A stretch of DNA of 64,000 nucleotides from an uncultured Hungatella sp. GTDB lineage: Bacteria > Bacillota > Clostridia > Lachnospirales > Lachnospiraceae. The position numbers and the translations under genes are program-made. The notes beneath the pieces are model-generated. The model did no database searches. It saw only the letters and a list, made by a program, of their open reading frames with translations, and was not told the DNA's origin. The stretch spans positions 8,899 through 72,898 of the forward strand of contig CANDZL010000008.1 of assembly GCA_947425205.1 (NCBI GenBank). The letters are read 5' to 3'. Shown here piece by piece: positions 1-9,219 of this stretch (position 1 is its first letter; each line of letters opens with the position of its first letter).

Positions 1-921
1 GGCGGATTTGCAGAACCAGATGTGGATCCTTATTTTGGGACAGGCCTTGTCAGCAAGGTTCTTGAAGAATCCGGAAGGAAGCAGATTCCTCTTGTCGCGG
101 TACAGACCTCTGCCTCCAGCGGCGCCCATCTGACCAAATATTCCAATATTACCGACCCCATAGCAGGGCAGAAGAAGCTGATTGTCGATATGGCTATTGT
201 TCCGGCCGGCGCGCTCTTTGACTATGAGACCACCTTGACCATGCCGGTCAGTGTGTCCATTGACGGTGCTCTGGATGCAATCGCTCATACATTTGAAGTA
301 TTTTGCGGGGCAAATTCCCAGAACTATGAACTGGCAAAATCCCTTGCCCAGACGGCCATTGAACTGACTATTTCCTATGCGGGGAAAGTGATTGAGGATC
401 CAGGTGACAGAAAAGCCAGAGAGGCCCTGGGGCTGGCCACGGATCTTGGCGGCTATGCCATTATGATCGGGGGGACAAGCGGCGCCCACTTAACCAGTTT
501 TTCCCTGGTGGATCTGGTGGCCCATGGAACAGCATGTGGCATTATGAATCCTTACTATGCTGTATTTTATTCTCCTGCTATTCAGGATCAGCTGAAGGCA
601 GTGGGTGAGATTCTTGCAAAACATGGGTTTATCCAGAAGGATGTTGCTGCTCTTGAGGGCAGAGAACGGGCAATTGCCGTCTCAGAAGGGCTGATCGCCT
701 TCGGCAAATCCATCGGAGCGCCTACCAAATTATCGGATCTTAAGGGATTTACAGAGGAGCATGTGGAGAAGATTCTTTCCGCGGCGAAAGATCCTCAATT
801 GTCCATGAAGCTTCAGAATATGCCTATCCCTATGACTACAGAAGATGTGGATATCTACATGAAGCCCATCATCTGTGGGGCAGTGACCGGTGACTTAAGC
901 GGGATTGTAAATAAGGAATAA
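1..921 (+). CDS. Iron-containing alcohol dehydrogenase family protein (5' partial)
   Basis: Frame is open from base 1 (GGFAEPDVDPYFG). Metal-binding motifs DAIAHTFE, GAHLTS and HGTAC are typical of Fe-ADH. Confidence 0.85.
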   Translation, partial: GGFAEPDVDPYFGTGLVSKVLEESGRKQIPLVAVQTSASSGAHLTKYSNITDPIAGQKKLIVDMAIVPAGALFDYETTLTMPVSVSIDGALDAIAHTFEVFCGANSQNYELAKSLAQTAIELTISYAGKVIEDPGDRKAREALGLATDLGGYAIMIGGTSGAHLTSFSLVDLVAHGTACGIMNPYYAVFYSPAIQDQLKAVGEILAKHGFIQKDVAALEGRERAIAVSEGLIAFGKSIGAPTKLSDLKGFTEEHVEKILSAAKDPQLSMKLQNMPIPMTTEDVDIYMKPIICGAVTGDLSGIVNKE

Positions 922-1038
922 TTCTGTAAGGTGGTTAGGAGACTCTTTCTGGCTGTGATAGAAGGGTCTCCTGTTGCGTGAAAAAAGTACTCCCGGTATT
1001 TTTGCGGGAGTGGGGAAGAAGACAGGAGGAAGAAAGCA

Positions 1039-2325
1039 TTGCCAAAGGTAGCATTTCCTTATGGAAGAGAGGAATTGGTCTATGAGATACCAGAAAGCCG
1101 TTACGGGGGAACGCTGGTATCGGATCTGAATCAATATAAACCTGGAAAATCACAAGAAGAACTGGTAAAAGAAGCCCTTGAGAATCCAGTTGGAAGCCCC
1201 AGGCTCTGTGAACTTGCAAAAGGGAAGAAAAAGATTGTATTGATTGCATCGGATCATACCAGGCCGGTGCCTTCAAAGGTGATCGTTCCGCAGATGCTTC
1301 AGGAGATCCGGAGAGGAAATCCGGATGGGGACATCACCTTTCTCATTGCAACCGGTTGTCACCGGGAGACAAAGATGGAAGAATTGGTGGAGAAATTTGG
1401 CGAAGAGATCGTACGCAGCGAGAAGATCGTGATTCATGACTGTGACGATACAGCCAACATGGTGCGTGTGGGAACCCTTCCTTCCGGCGGAGATTTGATC
1501 CTGAACCGGCTGGCTGTGGAGGCAGATCTTCTGGTAGCGGAAGGATTCATAGAGCCCCACTTTTTTGCAGGATTTTCAGGAGGAAGAAAAAGCGTGCTGC
1601 CTGGGATCGCTTCCAGGCAGACGGTTCTTTATAATCACAATGGGGCGTTTATCCATCATCCAAAGGCAAGAACCGGTATAATTGAAGAAAATCCTATCCA
1701 TGAAGATATGATCGCCGCCGCCAGGATGGCAAATCTGAAGTTCATCTGCAATGTGGTGATCAACTCAGAGAAACAGGTGGTGTATGGGGTTTCTGGGGAT
1801 GTGGAGGAGGCCCACAAAAAAGGAAGGGAATTTCTGAAAGGCCTGTGCGGTGTCAGATCCAATCCGTCTGATATTGTGATAACCACCAATGGGGGATATC
1901 CGCTGGATCAGAATATCTATCAGGCAGTGAAGGGCATGACAGCAGCTGAGGCGACGGTAAAGAAAGACGGCGTGATCGTCATGGTCGCCAGGTCAGATGA
2001 CGGACATGGAGGAAAGGTATTTCACCAGACTTTCCGGGATCAGAAGAACCTTCAGAAGATGGTGGAAGGCTTTGTGGCGACTGCGCCGGAACAGACGATT
2101 GTGGATCAATGGCAGTCCCAGATCTTCGCCCGTGTTCTGATGCATGCCCACGTGATCTATGTATCAGAGGCCGACGACCAGCTGGTGAGAGACCTTCACA
2201 TGACTCCAGCCCATTCCATTGAGGAGGCCGTGGCAATGGCGGATCGGATACTGGAAGAGCAGGGGATCCGGGAAGGGAAAATTCTTGGCATTCCGGACGG
2301 GGTGTCTGTGATTGTAAATCCATAG
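1039..2325 (+). CDS. larA: Nickel-pincer-dependent lactate racemase (LarA) family protein
   Basis: Motifs SDHTRP, ATGCHR, EPHFFAGFSGGRKS and NIYQAVKG. TTG start after AGGAGG. Confidence 0.88.
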   Translation: MPKVAFPYGREELVYEIPESRYGGTLVSDLNQYKPGKSQEELVKEALENPVGSPRLCELAKGKKKIVLIASDHTRPVPSKVIVPQMLQEIRRGNPDGDITFLIATGCHRETKMEELVEKFGEEIVRSEKIVIHDCDDTANMVRVGTLPSGGDLILNRLAVEADLLVAEGFIEPHFFAGFSGGRKSVLPGIASRQTVLYNHNGAFIHHPKARTGIIEENPIHEDMIAAARMANLKFICNVVINSEKQVVYGVSGDVEEAHKKGREFLKGLCGVRSNPSDIVITTNGGYPLDQNIYQAVKGMTAAEATVKKDGVIVMVARSDDGHGGKVFHQTFRDQKNLQKMVEGFVATAPEQTIVDQWQSQIFARVLMHAHVIYVSEADDQLVRDLHMTPAHSIEEAVAMADRILEEQGIREGKILGIPDGVSVIVNP

Positions 2326-2331
2326 TACAAT

Positions 2332-2448
2332 GTAGCCTGGAAAGACTGTGGCATGATGCAACTTATATACAATATACAGGCGAGGTTGGTGTGATTTCGC
2401 CACTGTAATTTGTATATAGCAACTGTTTTGCCACAGCTCCCAGGCTAC
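2332..2448. repeat. Long imperfect inverted repeat between convergent genes (bidirectional terminator or fold-back element)
   Basis: Nested arms GTAGCCTGG/CCAGGCTAC, CTGTGGCA/TGCCACAG, TATATACAA/TTGTATATA and GGCGA/TCGCC. Confidence 0.7.
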
Positions 2449-2500
2449 GAACATTATACAATAAAAATTTCCTAACCAATGACGCGCGATCCAAACGTAT

Positions 2501-3775
2501 CTACTTCTTACCTGTCCCCTTACCTGCGCGACACTTCAACACATTCTTATAAAAACGATCCAGTTCTTTCTTCGTATCAAAGGTGGCCACATACATCTGA
2601 TTCCCCATGGCATCGGACAGCACATCCGGAATCCGATCCACCATCTTCATATTGGCCCCATACTTCTCCAGGATATCTTCATGGCTCATGACAAAGTTCT
2701 TGCCGTCCCGCAATCCTGCAAATGCACAGAAGGCATGCTTGCCCACCGGCATGGTGGAATGATCAAAAGCAACCATATCAGCCCAGATCTTATACACATT
2801 GGTGCTGTGGGCAAAGTTGATCATATCAGGAGTAAATCCGCCGCAGGGACGCATGTTAACCTCCAGGGCAATCACATCCCCTTTCTTTCCCAATCCCTCA
2901 TGGTCGCTTAAAAGACGGAAGAATTCAAAATGAATGAAGCGGCTCTTCACGCCGAAGCTTTTCACGGCGGCACGTCCGGCAGCCTTGGTATCCTCCGGCA
3001 GCTCCTTCACGATGTAGTAGATGGAGTTATCTGAATTGTTGACAATATCCATGATGGAGTTGGGGGTCACATTGCCGGTCTCGAACATGGGATCGCCTTT
3101 GGAGTCAATGATTGCATCGTAGGAATTGACCTCTGCATCAATAAACTCTTCCATAATATAGGGAATATATTCCAGCTTTTCCTCAAAAAACTGATTAAGT
3201 TCTGAATCGGTGGAAAGCTTGTAGGTGTGGGAAGCGCCTACGCCGTTGTCCGGCTTGGCAACCACTGGATAGCCAACCTCCTTTACGAATTCCCGGCAGC
3301 CTTCCAGGGTATCCACCAGATGGTAACGCGCCACAGGAATGCCTGCCTTTATGTAGTATTCCTTCATCTTGGATTTGTATTTGGCTCTGGGAATGTCCTC
3401 TGTGTGGAAGCCAGTAGAGATGTTAAAATCCGTCCGCAACCTGGCATCCCGCTCCAGCCAGTATTCGTTGTTGGATTCCAGCCAGTCGATGCGGCCGTGC
3501 TTGAAGATAAAAAAGGCGACAGCGCGGTACACCTGATCTTCATTTTCCAGGCTGTCTACCTTGTAGTATTCATGCAGGCTGTCCTTTAAATCCTGAGTCA
3601 ATTCATCATAAGGCTGGTCGCCGATTCCCAGGACATTCATTCCGTTATTTTTCAGCTCCCGGCAGAACTGCCAGTAGTTGGTAGGGAAATTTGGGGAAAT
3701 AAAAACTACATTTTTCATACTCAGCTCCTCCTCAATGGTTCTTTTGCATAATTTGTTATTGGTACTTACATACAC
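2501..3775 (-). CDS. ATP-grasp domain protein of unknown substrate (start may be the MKNVVF Met)
   Basis: Motifs PVVAKPDNGVGA, MEEFI, HFEFF and LEVNMRPCGG. Confidence 0.85.
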   Translation of the reverse strand: MYVSTNNKLCKRTIEEELSMKNVVFISPNFPTNYWQFCRELKNNGMNVLGIGDQPYDELTQDLKDSLHEYYKVDSLENEDQVYRAVAFFIFKHGRIDWLESNNEYWLERDARLRTDFNISTGFHTEDIPRAKYKSKMKEYYIKAGIPVARYHLVDTLEGCREFVKEVGYPVVAKPDNGVGASHTYKLSTDSELNQFFEEKLEYIPYIMEEFIDAEVNSYDAIIDSKGDPMFETGNVTPNSIMDIVNNSDNSIYYIVKELPEDTKAAGRAAVKSFGVKSRFIHFEFFRLLSDHEGLGKKGDVIALEVNMRPCGGFTPDMINFAHSTNVYKIWADMVAFDHSTMPVGKHAFCAFAGLRDGKNFVMSHEDILEKYGANMKMVDRIPDVLSDAMGNQMYVATFDTKKELDRFYKNVLKCRAGKGTGKK

Positions 3776-3779
3776 TACA

Positions 3780-4535
3780 CTAACGGTTCAGCAGATATGG
3801 CACGAAATACGTAACTTGCTTATACCACCAATCCCAGTCATGGGCACAGTCATATCCCCAGAAATCCACCCATACCGGAAGGCCCTTGCTCTCAAGGATT
3901 CCGTGTAGCTGTCTGGTGGAATCCGGCATCTCCCATGGGCCTTGCCCCACACAGATAACCCCTTTGTTGTGGCGGTACATTTCCATATATGGATGATCCT
4001 GTGGCATGTTGGCCATATAATGAACCGGAGAATTTAAGTAGACCAGCTCATCCATATATCCGTCAAATCCATAGTCGGCAGTGTAGATGCCGCTGAGAGC
4101 CAGAAGCCCGTCGAAGATATCCGGGTGTTGAAAATACAGATTGGCGGCGTGGGTGGCTCCCAGGCTGCAGCCGAAAGCAAGGATGCCTGGATTGCCCTCC
4201 CAGCCGTTGCGTTCCTTCGCCATCTGACGGATAAAAGGCGCTATCTCATCAACGATAAAATGGTTCCACTGCTCATGGCGGCGGATTCTCCAATAAGGAT
4301 CCCCGGACTTGTTGGACCAGGTTTCCCCATCCATGGTGTCAATGGAACATACCATAACCTGGCCGGAATCAATCCATGGGGCCCACACATCGGTCATGCG
4401 GAAGTTTTCAAAATCGAAAAAGCGCCCATTCTGGCAGGGAATATACAGGACTGGCCTTCCTGCATGTCCATAGACCTTACATTCCATATCCCGGTCCAGC
4501 GCAGGGCTGTACTGCTTAAAATATTGTGTCTCCAT
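3780..4535 (-). CDS. Putative esterase, alpha/beta hydrolase
   Basis: Nucleophile elbow GCSLGA and C-terminal HDWDWW. Confidence 0.85.
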   Translation of the reverse strand: METQYFKQYSPALDRDMECKVYGHAGRPVLYIPCQNGRFFDFENFRMTDVWAPWIDSGQVMVCSIDTMDGETWSNKSGDPYWRIRRHEQWNHFIVDEIAPFIRQMAKERNGWEGNPGILAFGCSLGATHAANLYFQHPDIFDGLLALSGIYTADYGFDGYMDELVYLNSPVHYMANMPQDHPYMEMYRHNKGVICVGQGPWEMPDSTRQLHGILESKGLPVWVDFWGYDCAHDWDWWYKQVTYFVPYLLNR

Positions 4536-4587
4536 AAAACGTCTCTCCTTTTTTCATAAAGTTTATCACAATTGAGGCTTTGGACGG

Positions 4588-5352
4588 TCAGGATTCGTAC
4601 AACAAGGTATTGATGAAGAAGGGAACCTGTCTCTCCCAACTGGCCTCACAGTGGGTTCCTCCTGGAACCACTCTCAAATCCAAAAGCACATGCCGTTTTA
4701 AAAGTGCCCCGGCGATCCGGGAAAACTGCCGCTCCATCTTCAGATGGTTGGAAAATTCCAGTGCGCCGTAATCCATATAGAGAACTGTGCCAGGGCCTAA
4801 ACGGGCCTGGGAAATCAGATGCTCCAGCTTATCAGGGGCCACCCACAGGGACGGAGAGAGCGCGGCAGCCCGGGAAAAATACCGGTTATACTGGATCAGG
4901 GCAAACAGGCTCATGAGGCCGCCCATGGAACTGCCGGCAATGAAGGTATGTTCTCTGTCTGGGATGGTGCGGTAGCGGCGGTCAACCTGCCGCTTAAAGG
5001 TGCGGATCATCCATTTCATGGTGATTCTTCCCCGGCCTGTGACAGCGCCAAAGTGCTGGTCTTTGAACGAATAGGGAGAATACTCACTGAGGCGGCCGTT
5101 GTCCGGGCTGTGGTTGCACTCTACAGCGGCGACGATGAGGGGAGTATCGGTAAAGTCCAGATACTCTTCCATACCCCAGCTTTTTCCATATGTGGCATGG
5201 TCATCAAAAAATACATTGTGTCCGTCAAACATGTATAAAACAGGATAGCGCCTGTCAGGCTCCTCCCCGTAGGATTTTGGAAGGTAAATGTAGGCGCGAC
5301 GTGTTTCCTCCCCTGTAAGTTCAGGGATGGTGATATTCCAAACTTCTACCAT
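4588..5352 (-). CDS. Putative esterase, alpha/beta hydrolase (IroE/Fes-like)
   Basis: Motifs YPVLYMFDG, GSSMGG and HCEASW. Confidence 0.85.
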   Translation of the reverse strand: MVEVWNITIPELTGEETRRAYIYLPKSYGEEPDRRYPVLYMFDGHNVFFDDHATYGKSWGMEEYLDFTDTPLIVAAVECNHSPDNGRLSEYSPYSFKDQHFGAVTGRGRITMKWMIRTFKRQVDRRYRTIPDREHTFIAGSSMGGLMSLFALIQYNRYFSRAAALSPSLWVAPDKLEHLISQARLGPGTVLYMDYGALEFSNHLKMERQFSRIAGALLKRHVLLDLRVVPGGTHCEASWERQVPFFINTLLYES

Positions 5353-5490
5353 AATACATCCTCCAGATCATCAAACCAGTGGTTCATTCGTCATAATAAT
5401 GATTTAATATACCACAATCATGCATAAATATCAAGAATGCGTTAAAGATTTAATGAATTAAATTGCTGTAGTGTAAAATTTAAAAAATCC

Positions 5491-5574
5491 GGCAGGGATC
5501 GCCTGAGCATGTTTGAAAATTCATTTCTGCCAGAAAGCAATTTTCAAATACGCTCAAGGCAAAGGGCTCCTGCC
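5491..5574 (-). terminator. Extended hairpin, probable terminator of the hemerythrin gene
   Basis: Arms GGCAGG/CCTGCC, GAGC/GCTC and TTTGAAAATT/AATTTTCAAA, followed by a T-run on the minus strand. Confidence 0.55.
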
Positions 5575-5646
5575 AAATCGGTGTCAGTATATATGAGACG
5601 CTCCCGCCTCTGCTTTTAAGGCGGATCTGTAGGCAGCTACAAGACA

Positions 5647-6615
5647 CTAGTGCACAATATGCCTTCTTCGCTTTGGCTTCCATTTGCGGGCACAGAATAC
5701 AAAATGTCCCAGACGAGTCTCAAACAACATGCTGTAGGGATAGCTTGTGGCGAAATCCGAACGGAATTCATCACTGGTTAAAAGTTCTCTTCTGTGACAT
5801 GTATATATGGTCTCAGAGTTAAACAGGCTGCCCATGTGGTGGAGGAACTGCTCAAAGATTTGCAGGGCGACTTCATGAACCATATCTGTGTCCTGCATGG
5901 TATGAAGGCCATAGATCAGGCCTACTCCTCGGCGGATCAGCCGATCCTCCGCCCCTAAGAGAAGCAGAACCTTTCCGCCGTCGTCAAGGTCAAAGCCCAG
6001 ACGGCAGAAAAACCCCATCCCCATATTGGAGCCATGATAATGATCATCCACAAGAACCGTGTCTAAATGAAACATGTCCTCCATGGCACGGCTGACAGCC
6101 TGGGCGGCAACCGATATCCGGGTTGAATTATCGTACAGATACGTCTTGAATCCTTCCCCTGCGATCTCCTGATCCTCTGTCATGATGTGGCCGGTGAGCC
6201 AGCCAAGCATGGTATTCAAGAAACGTTGTACTGCCGCCGAAGAATAATCAGACAACTCCAGTGATTTTTTTAAGGAAACAAGGGTCTGATCCCTGAAGGT
6301 ATCGTGGATTTCCTTGTGGCTTGCATATCCACGATATCGGATGGAGCGCATGTAGGCTTCCTCTTCTGCAAAGTGCTTTATGGAATAGTCTTCCAGATAT
6401 TTTATACCCTCCCTGCAGGCATTCTGATAATTGGAATCTTTTTGTACAAGCTCGATCAGCCTACCCACAATCCGGAAAAGATTGGCGTGAGCATCGTCTA
6501 TCAGCTTAACTCCAATGTTTAGCTGTTCATTCCACAATAGCTTTTCCACAACAGATCTTCCTCCCCCTAACTTTATAATATGCCGTATTTTTTCGCTCTT
6601 TATTATAGCAGCCAT
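5647..6615 (-). CDS. Bacteriohemerythrin domain protein with extra C-terminal domain
   Basis: Motifs LWNEQLNIGVKLIDDAH, HFAEEEAYM, HKEIH and WLTGHIMTED. Confidence 0.85.
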   Translation of the reverse strand: MAAIIKSEKIRHIIKLGGGRSVVEKLLWNEQLNIGVKLIDDAHANLFRIVGRLIELVQKDSNYQNACREGIKYLEDYSIKHFAEEEAYMRSIRYRGYASHKEIHDTFRDQTLVSLKKSLELSDYSSAAVQRFLNTMLGWLTGHIMTEDQEIAGEGFKTYLYDNSTRISVAAQAVSRAMEDMFHLDTVLVDDHYHGSNMGMGFFCRLGFDLDDGGKVLLLLGAEDRLIRRGVGLIYGLHTMQDTDMVHEVALQIFEQFLHHMGSLFNSETIYTCHRRELLTSDEFRSDFATSYPYSMLFETRLGHFVFCARKWKPKRRRHIVH

Positions 6616-6792
6616 ATGTCTATTTGTCTATTTGCGAAAGTCCCACATTATGTCAGAAAAAATTCCGAAAAATGGAAGAAATTCGTTACGAAACATGAAG
6701 AGAAATGATAAGGCAAACTAAGAGTTCTCTGGTAGACTTGCTCTATCAGAGAACTCCCAATGGATATCAGGGAGAAAGAGAGGAGCGTAATT

Positions 6793-7575
6793 ATGAAAAA
6801 AATGTATGGCTTGGTTATGGGATGTGTGGGAGTGGCAGCGATTCTTTCGGCCTGTACTCCTCAGATGACAACGAATGTACCCAATGTGCTCCGGGTTGAG
6901 AATGTGGATGTGGGAGACGAGGGCAAGGTCACTGTCAACAGCAGTGAGAGTGTAGAGATAACGCCGGATATGGCGGAGATTGTCTATGGAATCACCAGTG
7001 AGGATGAAGATGCGTCTGCGTGCCAGCAGAAAAATACGGAAACCCTGAATCAGGTTCTGGCATTTTTAAAGGAACAGGGATATGAGGATGAATCCATAAA
7101 AACCACAGGATTTTCTTTGGAGCCAAGGTATGACTGGAGCGGCAATACCCAGAAACTTGTGGGTTATTCCATGTATACCCAGGTGACAGTTACAGACGTG
7201 CCTATGGAAGCGGTAGGCGGCCTGCTGTCCAAGACTGTGGAAAGTGGAGCCAACGAGATTCAGAATGTCACATATTTTTCCAGCACCTATGACCAGGCTT
7301 ACAAGGAGGCGCTGGAAAAGGCGGTGGAGTTGGCAAGAGGAAAGGCACAGGCCATTGCAGAGGCCGATGGAAGGCAGTTGGGAAAAGTGCTTCGTGTGGA
7401 AGAGTACAATGACGCACAGTACGGGAGATACGTCTCATCCGGGATCAGCGGGCAGTCCAACAAGATGATGGAAATGGCAGTAGCGGAAGCAGGAGGAGCG
7501 GCCGATATGGGCGTAATGCCAGGGCAGATGAAGGTGACAGCCAATATCTGTGTGGACTTTGAGTTGCTGCCGTAA
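6793..7575 (+). CDS. SIMPL (DUF541) domain lipoprotein
   Basis: Lipobox LSAC. Motifs VEITPDMA and AYKEALEKAVELARGKAQAIA. RBS AGGAG precedes ATG 6793. Confidence 0.85.
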   Translation: MKKMYGLVMGCVGVAAILSACTPQMTTNVPNVLRVENVDVGDEGKVTVNSSESVEITPDMAEIVYGITSEDEDASACQQKNTETLNQVLAFLKEQGYEDESIKTTGFSLEPRYDWSGNTQKLVGYSMYTQVTVTDVPMEAVGGLLSKTVESGANEIQNVTYFSSTYDQAYKEALEKAVELARGKAQAIAEADGRQLGKVLRVEEYNDAQYGRYVSSGISGQSNKMMEMAVAEAGGAADMGVMPGQMKVTANICVDFELLP

Positions 7576-7732
7576 ATGATTTAAGTTAGAGGCAGGGCTT
7601 TTCCGGCTATTCCAAAACGGTTACTGGCCCTGCTCCTCAGTATCTTTAGGATACAGAAAACAGTAGACAACCTCCCAACCTTTTGATAGAATACGTTTGA
7701 AAGAATATGAAAAAGTAAAGGAGATTTTCGAA

Positions 7733-8251
7733 ATGAAAAATCCAGTGGTTACCATCGAAATGATGAATGGAGATAAGATCCTGGTGGAGTTGTATCCTGA
7801 GACGGCGCCCAATACAGTAAATAACTTTTTAAGCCTGGTAAAGGACGGCTTCTATGATGGCCTTATTTTCCACCGTGTGATCAACGGCTTCATGATACAG
7901 GGCGGATGTCCGGACGGAACCGGCATGGGAGGTCCTGGATATTCCATCAAAGGGGAGTTTTCTCAGAATGGTTTTGCCAACGACTTGAAGCATACGGAAG
8001 GTGTGCTTTCCATGGCGAGAGCTATGGATCCGGATTCTGCTGGTTCCCAGTTTTTTATTATGCACAAGGATGCACCTCATTTAGATGGCGCCTACGCGGC
8101 ATTCGGAAAGGTTATAGAGGGCATGGAAATTGTGAATAAAATTGCCGATGTAAGGACAGATTACAGCGACCGTCCGATGAAGGAACAGAAGATTAAGGCT
8201 GTGACCGCAGAGACCTTTGACCAGGAATACCCGGAGCCAGAGAAGTGCTAA
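7733..8251 (+). CDS. Cyclophilin-type peptidyl-prolyl cis-trans isomerase
   Basis: Motifs FHRVINGFMIQGG, LSMARAMDPDSAGSQFFI and HLDGAYAAFG. Confidence 0.95.
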   Translation: MKNPVVTIEMMNGDKILVELYPETAPNTVNNFLSLVKDGFYDGLIFHRVINGFMIQGGCPDGTGMGGPGYSIKGEFSQNGFANDLKHTEGVLSMARAMDPDSAGSQFFIMHKDAPHLDGAYAAFGKVIEGMEIVNKIADVRTDYSDRPMKEQKIKAVTAETFDQEYPEPEKC

Positions 8252-8385
8252 AGGGGGATTGGCAGAATGGCGAATCTGGAGACAGGATATCATGTTTGGA
8301 AGAATGGCAGATTGACAGAATGCAGGCGGAAAGGGATCCGGAGGGAACATAAAAGGGACATGAACATAAAGGCGGGATTTTGTCT

Positions 8386-9219
8386 ATGACGGAAGAACGA
8401 GAGATTGTGATAGAAGGAACCGTCTACAAGATTGTGATATCAGATGAGAAGGAGGCTCTTCTGGCTGCGAAAGCAGCCGGGAGGGCCTTGATTGGGTTAT
8501 GGAACGGGGGAAGTGGAGATCTGTGGCCTGCCTCCTATGTGGTGGAGCACAAGGAGGATTTGGATTCCCGGTATCTGGAACAGGTGGTGCGAAGAACCTA
8601 CGGCATGCCGTGGAAGATCGGAGAGACAGAGCGGCTGTTGATTCGTGAGTTCCAGGAAGTGGACGCAAGGAAGGTCCCCAGAGAAGAGACTGATACGGAG
8701 GAAGACCGTATATTTTATACGCCAGAGCAGCTTTCCCAGTATATCCGTTGTCAATATGGATTCTATGAATACGGCCTTTGGGCCTTAGAGGACAAAAAAA
8801 CCGGGGAACTTGTGGGCAAAGCAGGCATCACATATGGAAGTTATGGGGAAAGGCCCTGGAAAAGCCAAAGGAAGAGATCCTGGGAAAGCCAATGGGAGAG
8901 GCCCAGAGAAAGCCAAGGAGAGAAATCCTGTGGAAATTGGAGGGAAACATTCTTGGAAAATGAGGCCATGCTGTATCTGGAAATGGGATATCACGTGTTT
9001 TCACCCTACCGCCACAGGGGGTACGCCAGGGAGGCATGCCGGAAAATCGTGGAGCTGGTGACCCGGGCGGCACAGAGCCCATGCTGCATATATGCAAAAA
9101 TCGATGCCTCCAACAAGGCATCGATCCGTGTAGCTGAGTCCTGCGGCCTGTCCCTCAGGGCTCAAAAATATACCGAAGAAGGGCGATGGCTGTGTCTCTA
9201 TTCTGGCTGTTGGAGATAA
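8386..9219 (+). CDS. GNAT (RimJ/RimL-like) acetyltransferase with internal repeat insert
   Basis: Motifs TERLLIREF, LEMGYHV, YRHRGYAREA and NKASIRVAE. Confidence 0.8.
   Translation: MTEEREIVIEGTVYKIVISDEKEALLAAKAAGRALIGLWNGGSGDLWPASYVVEHKEDLDSRYLEQVVRRTYGMPWKIGETERLLIREFQEVDARKVPREETDTEEDRIFYTPEQLSQYIRCQYGFYEYGLWALEDKKTGELVGKAGITYGSYGERPWKSQRKRSWESQWERPRESQGEKSCGNWRETFLENEAMLYLEMGYHVFSPYRHRGYAREACRKIVELVTRAAQSPCCIYAKIDASNKASIRVAESCGLSLRAQKYTEEGRWLCLYSGCWR
8845..8940 (+). repeat. Four degenerate 24-bp tandem repeats, in frame within the GNAT gene
   Basis: Units ggggaaaggccctggaaaagccaa, aggaagagatcctgggaaagccaa, tgggagaggcccagagaaagccaa and ggagagaaatcctgtggaaattgg. Confidence 0.85.

Noticed and set aside
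8252-8379. Purine-rich spacers with short repeats (also 43920-44098 and 12532-12770) as sRNAs or small genes
   Set aside because: No convincing stems, RBS-linked ORFs or regular period; treated as low-complexity sequence.
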